DNA from: an uncultured Pelagibacteraceae bacterium | GTDB taxonomy: Bacteria > Pseudomonadota > Alphaproteobacteria > Pelagibacterales > Pelagibacteraceae | Assembly (NCBI GenBank): GCA_902588625.1 | Contig: CACIPU010000002.1 | Coordinates: 6,086-70,085 of the forward strand | Direction: 5' to 3' | Length of the DNA: 64,000 bases | Shown: positions 41,839-51,244 of the stretch, in pieces | Position numbering within the stretch: the first letter of the stretch is position 1 | Layout of the letters: each line of letters begins with the position of its first letter | Translations under genes and position numbers: made by a program | Notes under the pieces: model-generated | Database searches by the model: none | Told to the model about the DNA's origin: nothing | The model's input: the letters and a program-made list of their open reading frames with translations, nothing else

Positions 41839-43163
41839 CTTACAGCTTTAAGTTTAGCTCCCCCAGATGCTTTTAATGCTTGATCTAAATCAGCTAAAAT
41901 ATCATCCGGATGTTCAATACCTATTGATAGTCTAACGTAACCAGGAGTAACTCCTGCAGCTAGAAGTTCTTCAGATGTTAATTGACTATGAGTGGTTGTT
42001 GCTGGATGAATAGCTAAACTTCTAGCATCTCCAATGTTAGCTACGTGGTAAAACATTTTTAAAGACTCAATAAACTTTTTACCTGCCTCTACACCACCTT
42101 TAACTTCAACACCAACTAGTCCACCATTTCCACCTTTGAAATATCTTTTTGCTCTATCTCCAACTTCACCTTTGTGGATATTGGGATAAATAACTCTTTC
42201 AACATTTTTGTGTTTGGTTAAAAAATCCACAACTTTTTGTGCATTAGAACAATGCTGCTTCATTCTTAATGCTACTGTTTCCATTCCTTGAATTATTCCA
42301 AAGGCATTATCTGGTGCTAATGCAGATCCTAAATCTCTTAGCAAAACTACTCTAGCACGTACAGCATACGCAACATTTGCACCAGTTAGTTCTGGAACAA
42401 CTTTACCCCACACGGCTCCTCCATAACTTGGATCTGGTTCATTAAAAAGTGGTTGTCTTTTGGGATCAGCAGTCCAATCAAAGTTACCACCATCTACTAA
42501 ACAGCCACCAATTACTGTACCATGACCACCTATAAATTTAGTTAAAGAATGAATAACGACTGCAGCTCCATGTTCTATTGGTTTACATATAACAGGAGCA
42601 GCTGTGTTATCCATAATTAATGGAATGTTATGTTTTCTACCTATATCAGATACTTCCTTTATTGGAAAAACACGTAAGTATGGATTAGGCAAGGTTTCAG
42701 CATAAATACATCTTGTCTTTTCATCAATTTGCTTTTCAAAGTTCTTAGGGTCTGTGGGATCAGCGTACCTAACTTCAATTCCAAGTTTTTTTAATGTATG
42801 TGTAAACAAATTTACTGTTCCACCATAAAGATCAGTCGAACTAATAAAATTATCACCTGCTTGACAACAATTTGTTATAGCAAATGTTGATGCAGCTTGT
42901 CCCGACCCAACACTTACGCACGCAAGGCCGCCTTCTAACGCTGCAACTCTTTTTTCAAGAACATCATTTGTTGGGTTCATTATTCTTGTATAAATATTCC
43001 CAAATTCTTTAAGCGCAAATAAGTTTGCCGCAGTACCTGTATCTTTGAATTGATAAGATGTAGTTCTATAAATCGGAACAGCTACAGCTGTTGTAGCAGG
43101 ATCACTTCTATATTCACCTCCATGCAATGCAATAGTTTCTGGATTTTTTATCTCTTTTGTCAT
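41835..43163 (-). CDS. metY: O-acetylhomoserine sulfhydrylase (PLP-dependent)
   Basis: Contains ETIALHGG, the PLP-Lys motif HSLTKFIGGHG and SLGDARSLAIHPATTTH. I place the start at ATG 43161-43163 (MTKEIKNPE...), which has GGAGGG 5 nt upstream. The track start 43196 adds 11 unconserved codons. Confidence 0.93.
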   Translation of the reverse strand: MTKEIKNPETIALHGGEYRSDPATTAVAVPIYRTTSYQFKDTGTAANLFALKEFGNIYTRIMNPTNDVLEKRVAALEGGLACVSVGSGQAASTFAITNCCQAGDNFISSTDLYGGTVNLFTHTLKKLGIEVRYADPTDPKNFEKQIDEKTRCIYAETLPNPYLRVFPIKEVSDIGRKHNIPLIMDNTAAPVICKPIEHGAAVVIHSLTKFIGGHGTVIGGCLVDGGNFDWTADPKRQPLFNEPDPSYGGAVWGKVVPELTGANVAYAVRARVVLLRDLGSALAPDNAFGIIQGMETVALRMKQHCSNAQKVVDFLTKHKNVERVIYPNIHKGEVGDRAKRYFKGGNGGLVGVEVKGGVEAGKKFIESLKMFYHVANIGDARSLAIHPATTTHSQLTSEELLAAGVTPGYVRLSIGIEHPDDILADLDQALKASGGAKLKAVS

Positions 43164-43260
43164 TTTTTCCCTCCATTTATTTAATAACTTCGACATTTTC
43201 GCTGAAAATCAATTGATGTAAAGCTTTTAATAGCCTTTAAAGTTTGACTTTATAGGTAAA
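43164..43260 (-). promoter_or_regulatory. metY 5' leader; candidate SAM-responsive (SAM-V/SAM-II-like) riboswitch, unverified
   Basis: The divergent spacer is 122 nt, unusually long for this window. The minus-strand RNA contains hairpin AAGGCU-AUUAAA-AGCUUU (plus coords 43220-43237) with an AAAAGCU tract. It also has a second hairpin, AUUUUC-AGC-GAAAAU (43195-43209), and a strong SD (43169-43174). SAM-V was originally described upstream of Pelagibacter metY. Confidence 0.35.
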
Positions 43261-43285
43261 TGTCAGTAATTATGCGCAAAAAACA

Positions 43286-43747
43286 ATGACAAATTTTATT
43301 AAAAAAAGTGAAATTAAAAACAATTGGTTTTTGATAAATGCTGAAAATGCAATTGTAGGTAGATTAGCAGCTTACATATCTACGTTATTAAGAGGTAAGA
43401 ATAAAAACCAATATTCACCCAATATGGACAACGGCGATTTTGTTGTTGTAACAAATATAGAAAAAATAAAATTTAGTGGAAAAAAACTAAATGATAAAAA
43501 ATATTATCGTCATACAGGGCACCCTGGAGGTATAAAAGTTACTACACCTTCTGTATTGTTTGAAAAAAAACCTGAAGAGATTTTAAAACTTGCTGTAAAG
43601 AGAATGTTGCCAAGTGGACCTTTAGCGAAAAAACAGTTATCAAAACTAAAAATATATAAAGGCTCGTCTCATCCTCATGAAACACAAAATCCAAAGATTG
43701 TTGATTTTGTTAACCTTAATAAAAAAAATAATTTAACTGCTAATTAA
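43286..43747 (+). CDS. rplM: 50S ribosomal protein L13
   Basis: 153 aa with W.LINAENAIVGRLA and YYRHTGHPGGIK motifs. Confidence 0.95.
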   Translation: MTNFIKKSEIKNNWFLINAENAIVGRLAAYISTLLRGKNKNQYSPNMDNGDFVVVTNIEKIKFSGKKLNDKKYYRHTGHPGGIKVTTPSVLFEKKPEEILKLAVKRMLPSGPLAKKQLSKLKIYKGSSHPHETQNPKIVDFVNLNKKNNLTAN

Positions 43748-43748
43748 T

Positions 43749-44189
43749 ATGGAAACACAATCAATTAATCAAAAAGAAGGTAATGTTGTTAATCTTGATT
43801 TTAAAGACTCAAAATATGCAACAGGAAGAAGAAAAAAATCAATTGCAAAAGTTTGGGTTAAAAAAGGATCTGGAAATATTTATGTAAATGGAAAAAAGAT
43901 GGTTGAATACTTTTTAAAAGCTAATTTACAAATAGCAATATTCCGCCCTTTGACTATAGTAAAAAGAGAATCAGAGTACGACGTAAGATGCTCAGTTAAA
44001 GGTGGAGGCCTTACAGGTCAAGCTGGAGCTATAATTCATGGTTTAGCTAGAGCTATAGTACTTCATGAGCCAGACCTCAAACCAACATTAAAAAAAGAAA
44101 ACCTTACCACCAGAGATTCAAGAGCCGTAGAACGTAAAAAATACGGCAGAAGAAAAGCTAGAAGAAGCTTCCAATTTTCAAAAAGATAA
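43749..44189 (+). CDS. rpsI: 30S ribosomal protein S9
   Basis: 146 aa with ATGRRKKSIAKVW, GGGLTGQAGAI.HG.ARA and a C-terminal RRSFQFSKR. Confidence 0.95.
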   Translation: METQSINQKEGNVVNLDFKDSKYATGRRKKSIAKVWVKKGSGNIYVNGKKMVEYFLKANLQIAIFRPLTIVKRESEYDVRCSVKGGGLTGQAGAIIHGLARAIVLHEPDLKPTLKKENLTTRDSRAVERKKYGRRKARRSFQFSKR

Positions 44190-44234
44190 ATTAATTAATT
44201 TTAGCTTAAGATTAATTACTGTATAATTTACAAT

Positions 44235-45260
44235 ATGAAAGATTCTATTAATATTGCTATAGCTGGAGCAACTGGATACATAGGTTTAGAATTAATAAAA
44301 ATTTTATCTAAGCATCCAAACGTAAAAATTGTATACCTATGTGCAACAAAAAACATAGGGAAAAAAATTTCTTTTTTTGATAAAAGTTTAAAAGCTAAAA
44401 ATTTGCCAAAAATTTCGAAACTAAAAGATATTCATTGGTCTAAAATAAATCTAATTTTTACCGCTCTTCCAAATGGAGAGGCTCATAGAATAGCAAAGAT
44501 TTTACCAACACATACAAAACTAATTGATCTGTCAGCTGACTTTAGACTTAAAAATCCTAATGAATATAAAAAATGGTATGGTATAAATCATAAATCAAAG
44601 AATTTAATCCAAAAATCAATTTATTCAATTACAGAATTTCAGAAAAAGAGAATTAATCAATATAATATTATATCTTGCCCAGGGTGTTACCCAACTTCTG
44701 TGCAGCTACCTCTCATACCTTTAATTGCTGCCAACTTAGTTAAATCAACAAATATTATTATAGACTCAAAATCTGGTTATTCTGGTGCGGGAAAAAAAAT
44801 TAAAAAGAAGTTTAAATTTAAAAATTTGTATGATTCAGTATCTGCCTATGGAGTTGGTTCTCATAGGCATTTGTCTGAAATAGATCAAGAATTATCTAAA
44901 GCAGCTAATAAAAAAATTAATGTAACTTTTACACCTCATTTAATACCAATGTTTAGAGGGATATTGTCTACAATTTACTTAGAAATAAAAGGTAAAAACA
45001 AACCGCTACAAATATATAATTTTTTAAAAAGATTTCATAAAAATAATTTTTTTGTGAGAATGGCCCCGTTTAATAAATCAATCGGCACAGGAGATGTAAT
45101 GAATACAAATTTTTGTAATATTTCTGTATGCAAAGATAGAGTATCAAAAAAAATTATTATAATCTCTGCAATTGATAATTTACTAAAGGGAGGATCTGGA
45201 CAAGCAGTTCAAAATATGAATGTAGCTTATAATCTTAAGGAATTTATTGGACTAGTATGA
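44235..45260 (+). CDS. argC: N-acetyl-gamma-glutamyl-phosphate reductase
   Basis: 341 aa with IAIAGATGYIGLEL and the active-site Cys motif ISCPGCYPTS. Confidence 0.93.
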   Translation: MKDSINIAIAGATGYIGLELIKILSKHPNVKIVYLCATKNIGKKISFFDKSLKAKNLPKISKLKDIHWSKINLIFTALPNGEAHRIAKILPTHTKLIDLSADFRLKNPNEYKKWYGINHKSKNLIQKSIYSITEFQKKRINQYNIISCPGCYPTSVQLPLIPLIAANLVKSTNIIIDSKSGYSGAGKKIKKKFKFKNLYDSVSAYGVGSHRHLSEIDQELSKAANKKINVTFTPHLIPMFRGILSTIYLEIKGKNKPLQIYNFLKRFHKNNFFVRMAPFNKSIGTGDVMNTNFCNISVCKDRVSKKIIIISAIDNLLKGGSGQAVQNMNVAYNLKEFIGLV

Positions 45261-45847
45261 GATACTTTTATTTATTTGCAATTTTGATTTTAACTTCAAG
45301 CTGTACAACAAATAAAGGAGTGTATTGGTGTGGAGATCATCAATGTATAAACAAAAAGGAAAAAGAAGCATATTTTAAAAAAACAATGATTGTCGAGATG
45401 CGACAGCTAGATAAATCTAAAAGAGACAGTTCTGAATACGAAAAATTATTAAAGCAAGCCAAAATAGATGAAAAAACAAGAATTCAAAATGAAAAACAAA
45501 TTAAAAAACAAATTAAAATAGATGAAAAAAAAAGGATTAAGGATGAAAAAAAAAGACTTAAAGAGGAAAAAAAGAAACTTAAAAATGAAGAAAAAATGAG
45601 TAAAGAAACTCAAGAGAGTGTATTAGAAGAAAAACAACAACCAGAAGAAACAGTTTCAATTGATCAAATTGATGAAATTGAAGAAATTGAAGAAATTGAA
45701 GAAATTGTTAAAACTGAAGAAAACTTTAATTTAAATAGTAATGAAGGTGAAACTTCTGGTGGATCTAGTTTTGATAAAATTTATGATATGATTACAAAAC
45801 GTAATGATTCTAAATCTTATCCTGATATAAATGATATTCCTGAATAA
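45257..45847 (+). CDS. putative lipoprotein with Lys/Glu-rich repetitive central region
   Basis: 196 aa with a signal peptide ending LTSSC and a short Cys-containing module VYWCGDHQCINKKEKEAYF. These are followed by KIDEK.RI..EK repeats and an (EEI)n tract. Confidence 0.6.
   Translation: MRYFYLFAILILTSSCTTNKGVYWCGDHQCINKKEKEAYFKKTMIVEMRQLDKSKRDSSEYEKLLKQAKIDEKTRIQNEKQIKKQIKIDEKKRIKDEKKRLKEEKKKLKNEEKMSKETQESVLEEKQQPEETVSIDQIDEIEEIEEIEEIVKTEENFNLNSNEGETSGGSSFDKIYDMITKRNDSKSYPDINDIPE
45671..45706 (+). repeat. in-frame 9-nt tandem repeat (GAWGAAATT x4) encoding DEIEEIEEIEEI
   Basis: Read directly as gatgaaatt gaagaaatt gaagaaatt gaagaaatt, inside the lipoprotein ORF. Confidence 0.9.
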
Positions 45848-45852
45848 TAAAT

Positions 45853-47151
45853 ATGAATAAAAAAAATGTTAATCTTGGAATTATTGGACTAGGACAAATC
45901 GGCAGCAGATTATACAAAGAAGTAATATTAAAAAGAAAAGATATTGAAGTTAAAACAGGAAAAAAAATTAATATAATAGCTATATCTGCTAAAAGTATTA
46001 AAAAAAAAAGAAATTTTTCATTTAATAGAAAAATATTTTTTAAGAATCCTTTAAACATATCTAATAACCCAAAAGTTGATATCATTTTTGAGTTAATAGG
46101 TTTACCAGGAGGAATTTCAAAAAAAATTGTTGAAACTGCATTAAAAAATAAAAAACACGTAATTACAGCTAATAAAGCATTGATAGCAAAAAATGGTGAC
46201 TATTTGTCTAAATTAGCAGAAGCCAATAAAGTTAATCTTGAGTTCGAGGCTGCTGTCGGTGGTGGAATTCCAGTATTAAGGACAATAAAAGACGGACTTA
46301 TTACAAATAAAATAAACAAAGTAGTAGGAATATTAAATGGAACTTGCAACTATATATTGACAAAAATGGGCAGTTCTAAAGAGTCTTTTTCCAATGTTTT
46401 AAAAAAGGCTCAATTACTCGGTTATGCCGAACCACGAAATCCAAAATTTGATCTTAATGGTGCAGACACATTAGCTAAAGTGAGAATTCTTTCTGCTTTA
46501 GCTTTCAATAAAAAAATTTCTTCAAATCAATGCTTAATGGATGGAATCGAAAATATAGAGTTAAAAGACATTGAAATGGCAGATAGATTAAATTTCAGAA
46601 TAAAATTGTTGGGTATCACTGAGCTTATAAATAATAAATTATTTGAGAGAGTTCATCCATGCTTAATACGTAAAGATAAATATATAGCTAATATAAATGG
46701 GGCGATGAATGCGGTTATTTTGAATGGAAAACCAGTTGGTCAAAGTGTCTTGCAAGGCGAAGGAGCTGGTCCTGGACCTACATCATCAGCTTTAATGTCA
46801 GATTTATTATCAGTTTTAAGAGGAAATATTAAGTATCCTTTTGGCCTACCTCATATTAAAAGGAAATCAATTCGTAATTACGATATAAATCTTTACAGCA
46901 ATTCTTTGTATTTGAGATTTGAAGTTAATGATCGGCCAGGAGTCTTGTCATCAATTACTAAAATTTTTACAAAAAATAAAATTTCAATTAAAAATTTAAT
47001 ACAAAATCCTAACAAGCTAAATAATAAAGCTTCAATTGTTATTATAACACATGCTAATTCAGAAAAAAATTTTAAAAAGTTATTTGTTGGTCTTTCTAAG
47101 AATAAATATGTCATTAAAAAACCTATTTTCATAAGAATTGAAAAAAATTAA
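45853..47151 (+). CDS. hom: homoserine dehydrogenase
   Basis: 432 aa with the NAD fold IIGLGQIGS, the catalytic region GILNGTCNYILT and a C-terminal ACT domain. Confidence 0.93.
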   Translation: MNKKNVNLGIIGLGQIGSRLYKEVILKRKDIEVKTGKKINIIAISAKSIKKKRNFSFNRKIFFKNPLNISNNPKVDIIFELIGLPGGISKKIVETALKNKKHVITANKALIAKNGDYLSKLAEANKVNLEFEAAVGGGIPVLRTIKDGLITNKINKVVGILNGTCNYILTKMGSSKESFSNVLKKAQLLGYAEPRNPKFDLNGADTLAKVRILSALAFNKKISSNQCLMDGIENIELKDIEMADRLNFRIKLLGITELINNKLFERVHPCLIRKDKYIANINGAMNAVILNGKPVGQSVLQGEGAGPGPTSSALMSDLLSVLRGNIKYPFGLPHIKRKSIRNYDINLYSNSLYLRFEVNDRPGVLSSITKIFTKNKISIKNLIQNPNKLNNKASIVIITHANSEKNFKKLFVGLSKNKYVIKKPIFIRIEKN

Positions 47152-48096
47152 ATGATTGTAGATAAATCTTTTATTAAATTACTCTCCCATTCAACAGAAC
47201 GTGCAGCTTATGGAGCATCTTTATTTCTAGGCAAGAATGATAAAATTGCTGCTGATGAGGGCGCAGTAGATGAAATGAGAAAGGTTCTTAATACTATTAA
47301 AATGAGAGGTAGAATTGTTATAGGTGAAGGTGAAATGGATGAAGCTCCAATGCTCTATATTAATGAGAAAGTTGGTTTAAATACAGGACCTTTATTAGAT
47401 ATAGCTGTAGATCCATTAGAAGGTACTAATTTCGTAGCAAAGAATTTACCAAATGCTTTATCAGTTTTAGCAGCAACAAATAAGGGTGACTTACTTAATG
47501 CACCAGATATGTATATGGATAAAATTGTCATAGGAAAAAATCTTCCATCAAATATTATAGATTTAGATTTTGGAGTAGAAAAAAATATAAAATTACTAGC
47601 TAAAGCAAAAAATGTTAAAATGAATGATTTGACAGTTTGTCTATTAAAAAGACCTAGACACGATGATATTGTTAAATCTCTAACAGGACTAGGTGTAAAA
47701 ATTAAATTTATTAGTGATGGTGATGTTTCAGGAGCGATATCTGTAGCTTATCCAGAAAAAAAAATCGACATGTATATAGGTATTGGTGGGGCCCCAGAAG
47801 GTGTTTTGGCAGCTGCAGCTTTAAAATGTCTAGGGTGTCAAATGCAAACTAGATTGCACTTTCAAAATCCAAGTGAAAAGTCAAGGGCAATAAAATTTGG
47901 AATAAAAGATTTAAATAAAAAATACAACATTAATGATATGGTCAAAGGTGATGTTATCTTTTGTGCTACAGGAGTATCAAATGGGGATTTTGTTAAAGGC
48001 ATTAAAGATAATGGCAATTTATTTTATTCAGAAACTTTAGTTTTACATTACAGCAGTAAAACAAAAGATATATATAAAAATAACACTAAAAAATGA
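47152..48096 (+). CDS. glpX: fructose-1,6-bisphosphatase class II (GlpX type)
   Basis: 314 aa with AADEGAVDEMR, IGEGEMDEAPML, DPLEGTN and GIGGAPEGVLAAAALKCLG motifs. Confidence 0.93.
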   Translation: MIVDKSFIKLLSHSTERAAYGASLFLGKNDKIAADEGAVDEMRKVLNTIKMRGRIVIGEGEMDEAPMLYINEKVGLNTGPLLDIAVDPLEGTNFVAKNLPNALSVLAATNKGDLLNAPDMYMDKIVIGKNLPSNIIDLDFGVEKNIKLLAKAKNVKMNDLTVCLLKRPRHDDIVKSLTGLGVKIKFISDGDVSGAISVAYPEKKIDMYIGIGGAPEGVLAAAALKCLGCQMQTRLHFQNPSEKSRAIKFGIKDLNKKYNINDMVKGDVIFCATGVSNGDFVKGIKDNGNLFYSETLVLHYSSKTKDIYKNNTKK

Positions 48097-49841
48097 ATAC
48101 CACTTCAGTTACCGGAAAAAACTGGATTTATAAAAAATTCAATTCTCCATATGTAAATGGTCTGATCGAAAGATATTCATTGAATGAAACGCTAGCAAAA
48201 TTAATATCATTTAGAAAAGATCATGTGGAGAACATTGATCTCTTTTTAGACCCAAAAGTTAAAAATTTGCTACCAAACCCAATGTGTTTAAAAGACATGA
48301 AAACGGCTGTTGATAGAACTTTTAAGAGTATTAAAAATTCTGATTTAATCTGTATATTCGGAGATTATGATGTAGATGGGGCTACCTCGACAGCACTTCT
48401 CGCAAAATATTTTTTGTCATTAAACCAAAAAATTAAAACTTATATTCCAGATAGGCAGAAAGAAGGTTATGGGCCAAGTCTTGCTGGTTTTAAAAAATTA
48501 ATTTCTTCTGGAGCAAATATTATATTTACGGTTGATTGTGGAACTCTTTCATATAAACCAATTCAACTAGCTCAAAATTACAATGTTGATGTTATAGTAT
48601 TGGATCATCATCAATCTGAAATAAAACTTCCAAAAGCTTATGCTTTAGTTAACCCTAATCGATACGATGATGAATCAGGTTTAAATTATTTATCAGCAGT
48701 TGGCGTATGTTTTATTTTTCTAGTAGCATTAAATAAAAAGTTAAGAGAAGAAAAATGGTTTGAAAATAATAAAATTCTAGAGCCAAATTTAATTGATTAT
48801 CTTGATTTAGTATCACTAGGAACTGTTTGTGACTTGGTTCCATTAGTTGGATTAAATCGCGCAATAGTAAAACAGGGATTACAGATTTTAAAAAATAGAA
48901 CTAATTTAGGATTAAAAGTTTTGTATGATCTTTGCAATATTCAGTCAAGTCCATCAACTTTTGATTTAGGTTTTGTTTTAGGCCCAAGAATTAATGCTGG
49001 TGGTAGAGTTGGAAAGTCTTCCAATGGAGCAGATTTGATGATTTCTAGTGATATCCAAATGGCAAATAAAATAGCGCTAGAATTAGATAAATCTAATAAA
49101 GAAAGAAAGAGTATAGAAATGTTACTTTTTAATAAAATTGATGCAGAGGCAAAAAAGTTTTCTAAAGATCCAGTTCTTGTTTTATCTGGTAATAATTGGC
49201 ATGAAGGTGTAATTGGTATTATTGCATCAAGAATTAAGGAAAAATATAAAAAACCAACAGTAATAATTTCTTTTAATAAAAACAAAGGCAAGGGTTCTGC
49301 TAGATCAATAATCGGTTTTGATATTGGAAGTCAAATTATCAAAGCTGTACAACTTAAAATCCTAGAAAGTGGAGGAGGGCATAAAATGGCTGCTGGGTTT
49401 TTGATTGATAAAAGTAAAATTTTAAAATTAAGAAGTGAGCTTATCAAAAATTTTAATAAAAAAAATGATGAATTTTCTACTAACATAAATTTATATTTAG
49501 ATGGAGTTTTGTCGCCTAGTGCATTAAATGAAAATTTTTTTAAAGATATAGATAAACTTGGTCCATTCGGGTCTGGTAATGCTGAACCTAAATTTGCGAT
49601 TGAACAATTAAAAATACTTTCTACTACTTTTGTCGGAGAAAATCATTTAAAAATTATTCTACTAGGAAAAGATGGCTCTACATTCAAAGCATTTGCTTGG
49701 AATGCAAGAAATACGTTACTCCAATCATATCTTGAGAAAAACCAAAAAAGAAAAATAAATATTGCTGGAAATATTAGACTTAATGAATGGCAAGGTAAAA
49801 AAGAAGTCCAATTTAATATAATAGACATTGCTGTTGCTTAA
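48093..49841 (+). CDS. recJ: single-stranded-DNA-specific exonuclease RecJ
   Basis: 582 aa with DHH motifs IFGDYDVDGATS and VLDHHQ, and the DHHA1 motif GGGHKMAAG. Confidence 0.95.
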   Translation: MNTTSVTGKNWIYKKFNSPYVNGLIERYSLNETLAKLISFRKDHVENIDLFLDPKVKNLLPNPMCLKDMKTAVDRTFKSIKNSDLICIFGDYDVDGATSTALLAKYFLSLNQKIKTYIPDRQKEGYGPSLAGFKKLISSGANIIFTVDCGTLSYKPIQLAQNYNVDVIVLDHHQSEIKLPKAYALVNPNRYDDESGLNYLSAVGVCFIFLVALNKKLREEKWFENNKILEPNLIDYLDLVSLGTVCDLVPLVGLNRAIVKQGLQILKNRTNLGLKVLYDLCNIQSSPSTFDLGFVLGPRINAGGRVGKSSNGADLMISSDIQMANKIALELDKSNKERKSIEMLLFNKIDAEAKKFSKDPVLVLSGNNWHEGVIGIIASRIKEKYKKPTVIISFNKNKGKGSARSIIGFDIGSQIIKAVQLKILESGGGHKMAAGFLIDKSKILKLRSELIKNFNKKNDEFSTNINLYLDGVLSPSALNENFFKDIDKLGPFGSGNAEPKFAIEQLKILSTTFVGENHLKIILLGKDGSTFKAFAWNARNTLLQSYLEKNQKRKINIAGNIRLNEWQGKKEVQFNIIDIAVA

Positions 49842-49873
49842 AAAATATATATATCATATAAAATCAATGAAAA

Positions 49874-49950
49874 CGGGGCGTAGCGAAGCCTGGTATCGCG
49901 GCTGGTTTGGGACCAGTAGATCGCAGGTTCAAATCCTGCCGCCCCGACCA
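49874..49950 (+). tRNA. tRNA-Pro (anticodon UGG), encoded CCA
   Basis: Hand-folded, 77 nt. Acceptor CGGGGCG/CGCCCCG, D arm GCGA/TCGC, anticodon stem GCTGG/CCAGT with loop TTTGGGA, and T arm GCAGG-TTCAAAT-CCTGC, then A-CCA. Confidence 0.9.
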
Positions 49951-49958
49951 TGAGAATT

Positions 49959-50240
49959 ATGAGAAAAGCAAAAATATATAAACCTAGCAAAACAGCAATG
50001 CAATCTGGAAAAAGAAACACTAAGAAATGGCTTTTAAAGTTTGATACTTTAGACACAGGTATTAATCCTCTTACAGGCTGGGAAAATTCAAAGGATACAA
50101 TGTCAGAGGTAGTTTTAGAATTTTCAACTAAAATTGATGCTATCAATTATTCTAAAAAGAATAACATTGATTATTATGTTACAGAACCAGAAACTCGTAA
50201 ATTGATAAAAAAATCTTACACAGATAATTTTTTAAAGTAA
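49959..50240 (+). CDS. ETC complex I subunit conserved-region protein (NDUFS4-like)
   Basis: MRKAKIYKPSKTAMQSGKRNTKKWLLKF...PLTGW resembles the alphaproteobacterial NDUFS4-like family (ARIY.P.K.AMQSG). The track start 49950 would overlap the last base of tRNA-Pro, so the second ATG is preferred. Confidence 0.75.
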   Translation: MRKAKIYKPSKTAMQSGKRNTKKWLLKFDTLDTGINPLTGWENSKDTMSEVVLEFSTKIDAINYSKKNNIDYYVTEPETRKLIKKSYTDNFLK

Positions 50241-50244
50241 TCAA

Positions 50245-51243
50245 ATGATTAAAAGTTTTTTTTTTAGTAAAAAGTGGCGTTTATGGGCATGGGGTGGTTT
50301 TACATTTATAATAGGATCGCTTTTAGCTCAAACGTGGATAGATGTAAAAATTAATGAATGGTATAAAGGGTTTTATGATCTTTTACAAAAACCTACAGAA
50401 AATGATATTTCAGATTTTTGGGATGGAATTTTTACATTTTTAAAATTAGCAATTCCATATGTAATAATTTATACGATTACAAATTATTTTACTCGTCTTT
50501 ATGCCTTCAGATGGAGGGAGGCAATAACATTTGCTTATATGCCTTATTGGAAATCAATTGATGCAAAAGTTGAAGGTGCATCTCAAAGGATTCAAGAAGA
50601 TTGTATGAATTTTGCAAAAATTGTTGAAAGTATTGGACTACAAGTTGTTAGAGCAATAATGCTTTTAATTGCTTTTACACCTATCTTGTGGGGTTTATCA
50701 TCAAATGTTATCTTGCCTTGGCTTAAAGATATTAACGGCTCACTAGTATGGATCTCATTAACAACCAGTTTAGGAGGAATTCTAATAAGTTGGCTTGTTG
50801 GTTATAAACTTCCTGGTCTTGAATATAATAATCAAGTAGTTGAAGCCGCTTTTAGAAAAGAATTAGTATATGGTGAAGATGATCGAATTAATTATGTTCA
50901 GCCTCCCACAGTATTAGAATTATTCACGGGTATAAAATTTAACTATCACCGTTTATTTCTTCATTATGGATATTTTGATTTGTGGGTAATCCTTTATAAT
51001 CAAGTTATGGTTATAGTTCCTTACATAATTATGGGACCTGGTTTATTTGCAGGAACAATGACATTGGGAATACTTATACAAACATCAAGTGCATTTAGAG
51101 AGGTTCATAGCAGCTTTTCTCTATTTATCAATAATTGGACACGTATTACTGAATTAAGATCCATTTTTAGAAGATTAAATGAATTTGAAATAGCCATAGG
51201 TTACAAGGAAGGAGATAGTAGGGCGGGCATCTTAAAATCTTAA
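50245..51243 (+). CDS. SbmA/BacA-like inner membrane transporter
   Basis: 332 aa and multiple TM segments. The N-terminus MIKSFFFSKKW..W and the motif ASQRIQEDCMNF resemble the SbmA_BacA family. Confidence 0.7.
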   Translation: MIKSFFFSKKWRLWAWGGFTFIIGSLLAQTWIDVKINEWYKGFYDLLQKPTENDISDFWDGIFTFLKLAIPYVIIYTITNYFTRLYAFRWREAITFAYMPYWKSIDAKVEGASQRIQEDCMNFAKIVESIGLQVVRAIMLLIAFTPILWGLSSNVILPWLKDINGSLVWISLTTSLGGILISWLVGYKLPGLEYNNQVVEAAFRKELVYGEDDRINYVQPPTVLELFTGIKFNYHRLFLHYGYFDLWVILYNQVMVIVPYIIMGPGLFAGTMTLGILIQTSSAFREVHSSFSLFINNWTRITELRSIFRRLNEFEIAIGYKEGDSRAGILKS

Positions 51244-51244
51244 T

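Noticed and set aside
43164-43196. Upstream start codon for metY at 43196 (the track start)
   Set aside because: It adds 11 residues (MSKLLNKWREK) that are not typical of MetY N-termini and would place the strong GGAGGG inside the coding region. The ATG at 43163, with an SD 5 nt upstream, is preferred.
45420-45720. Repeated sequence that might have been a CRISPR-like or satellite array
   Set aside because: The repeats are in-frame, imperfect and coding (Lys/Glu-rich lipoprotein), with no repeat-spacer periodicity. No CRISPR array is present anywhere in the window.
49838-50146. 102-aa minus-strand ORF spanning tRNA-Pro
   Set aside because: It overlaps the hand-folded tRNA-Pro and the NDUFS4-like gene, so it is spurious.
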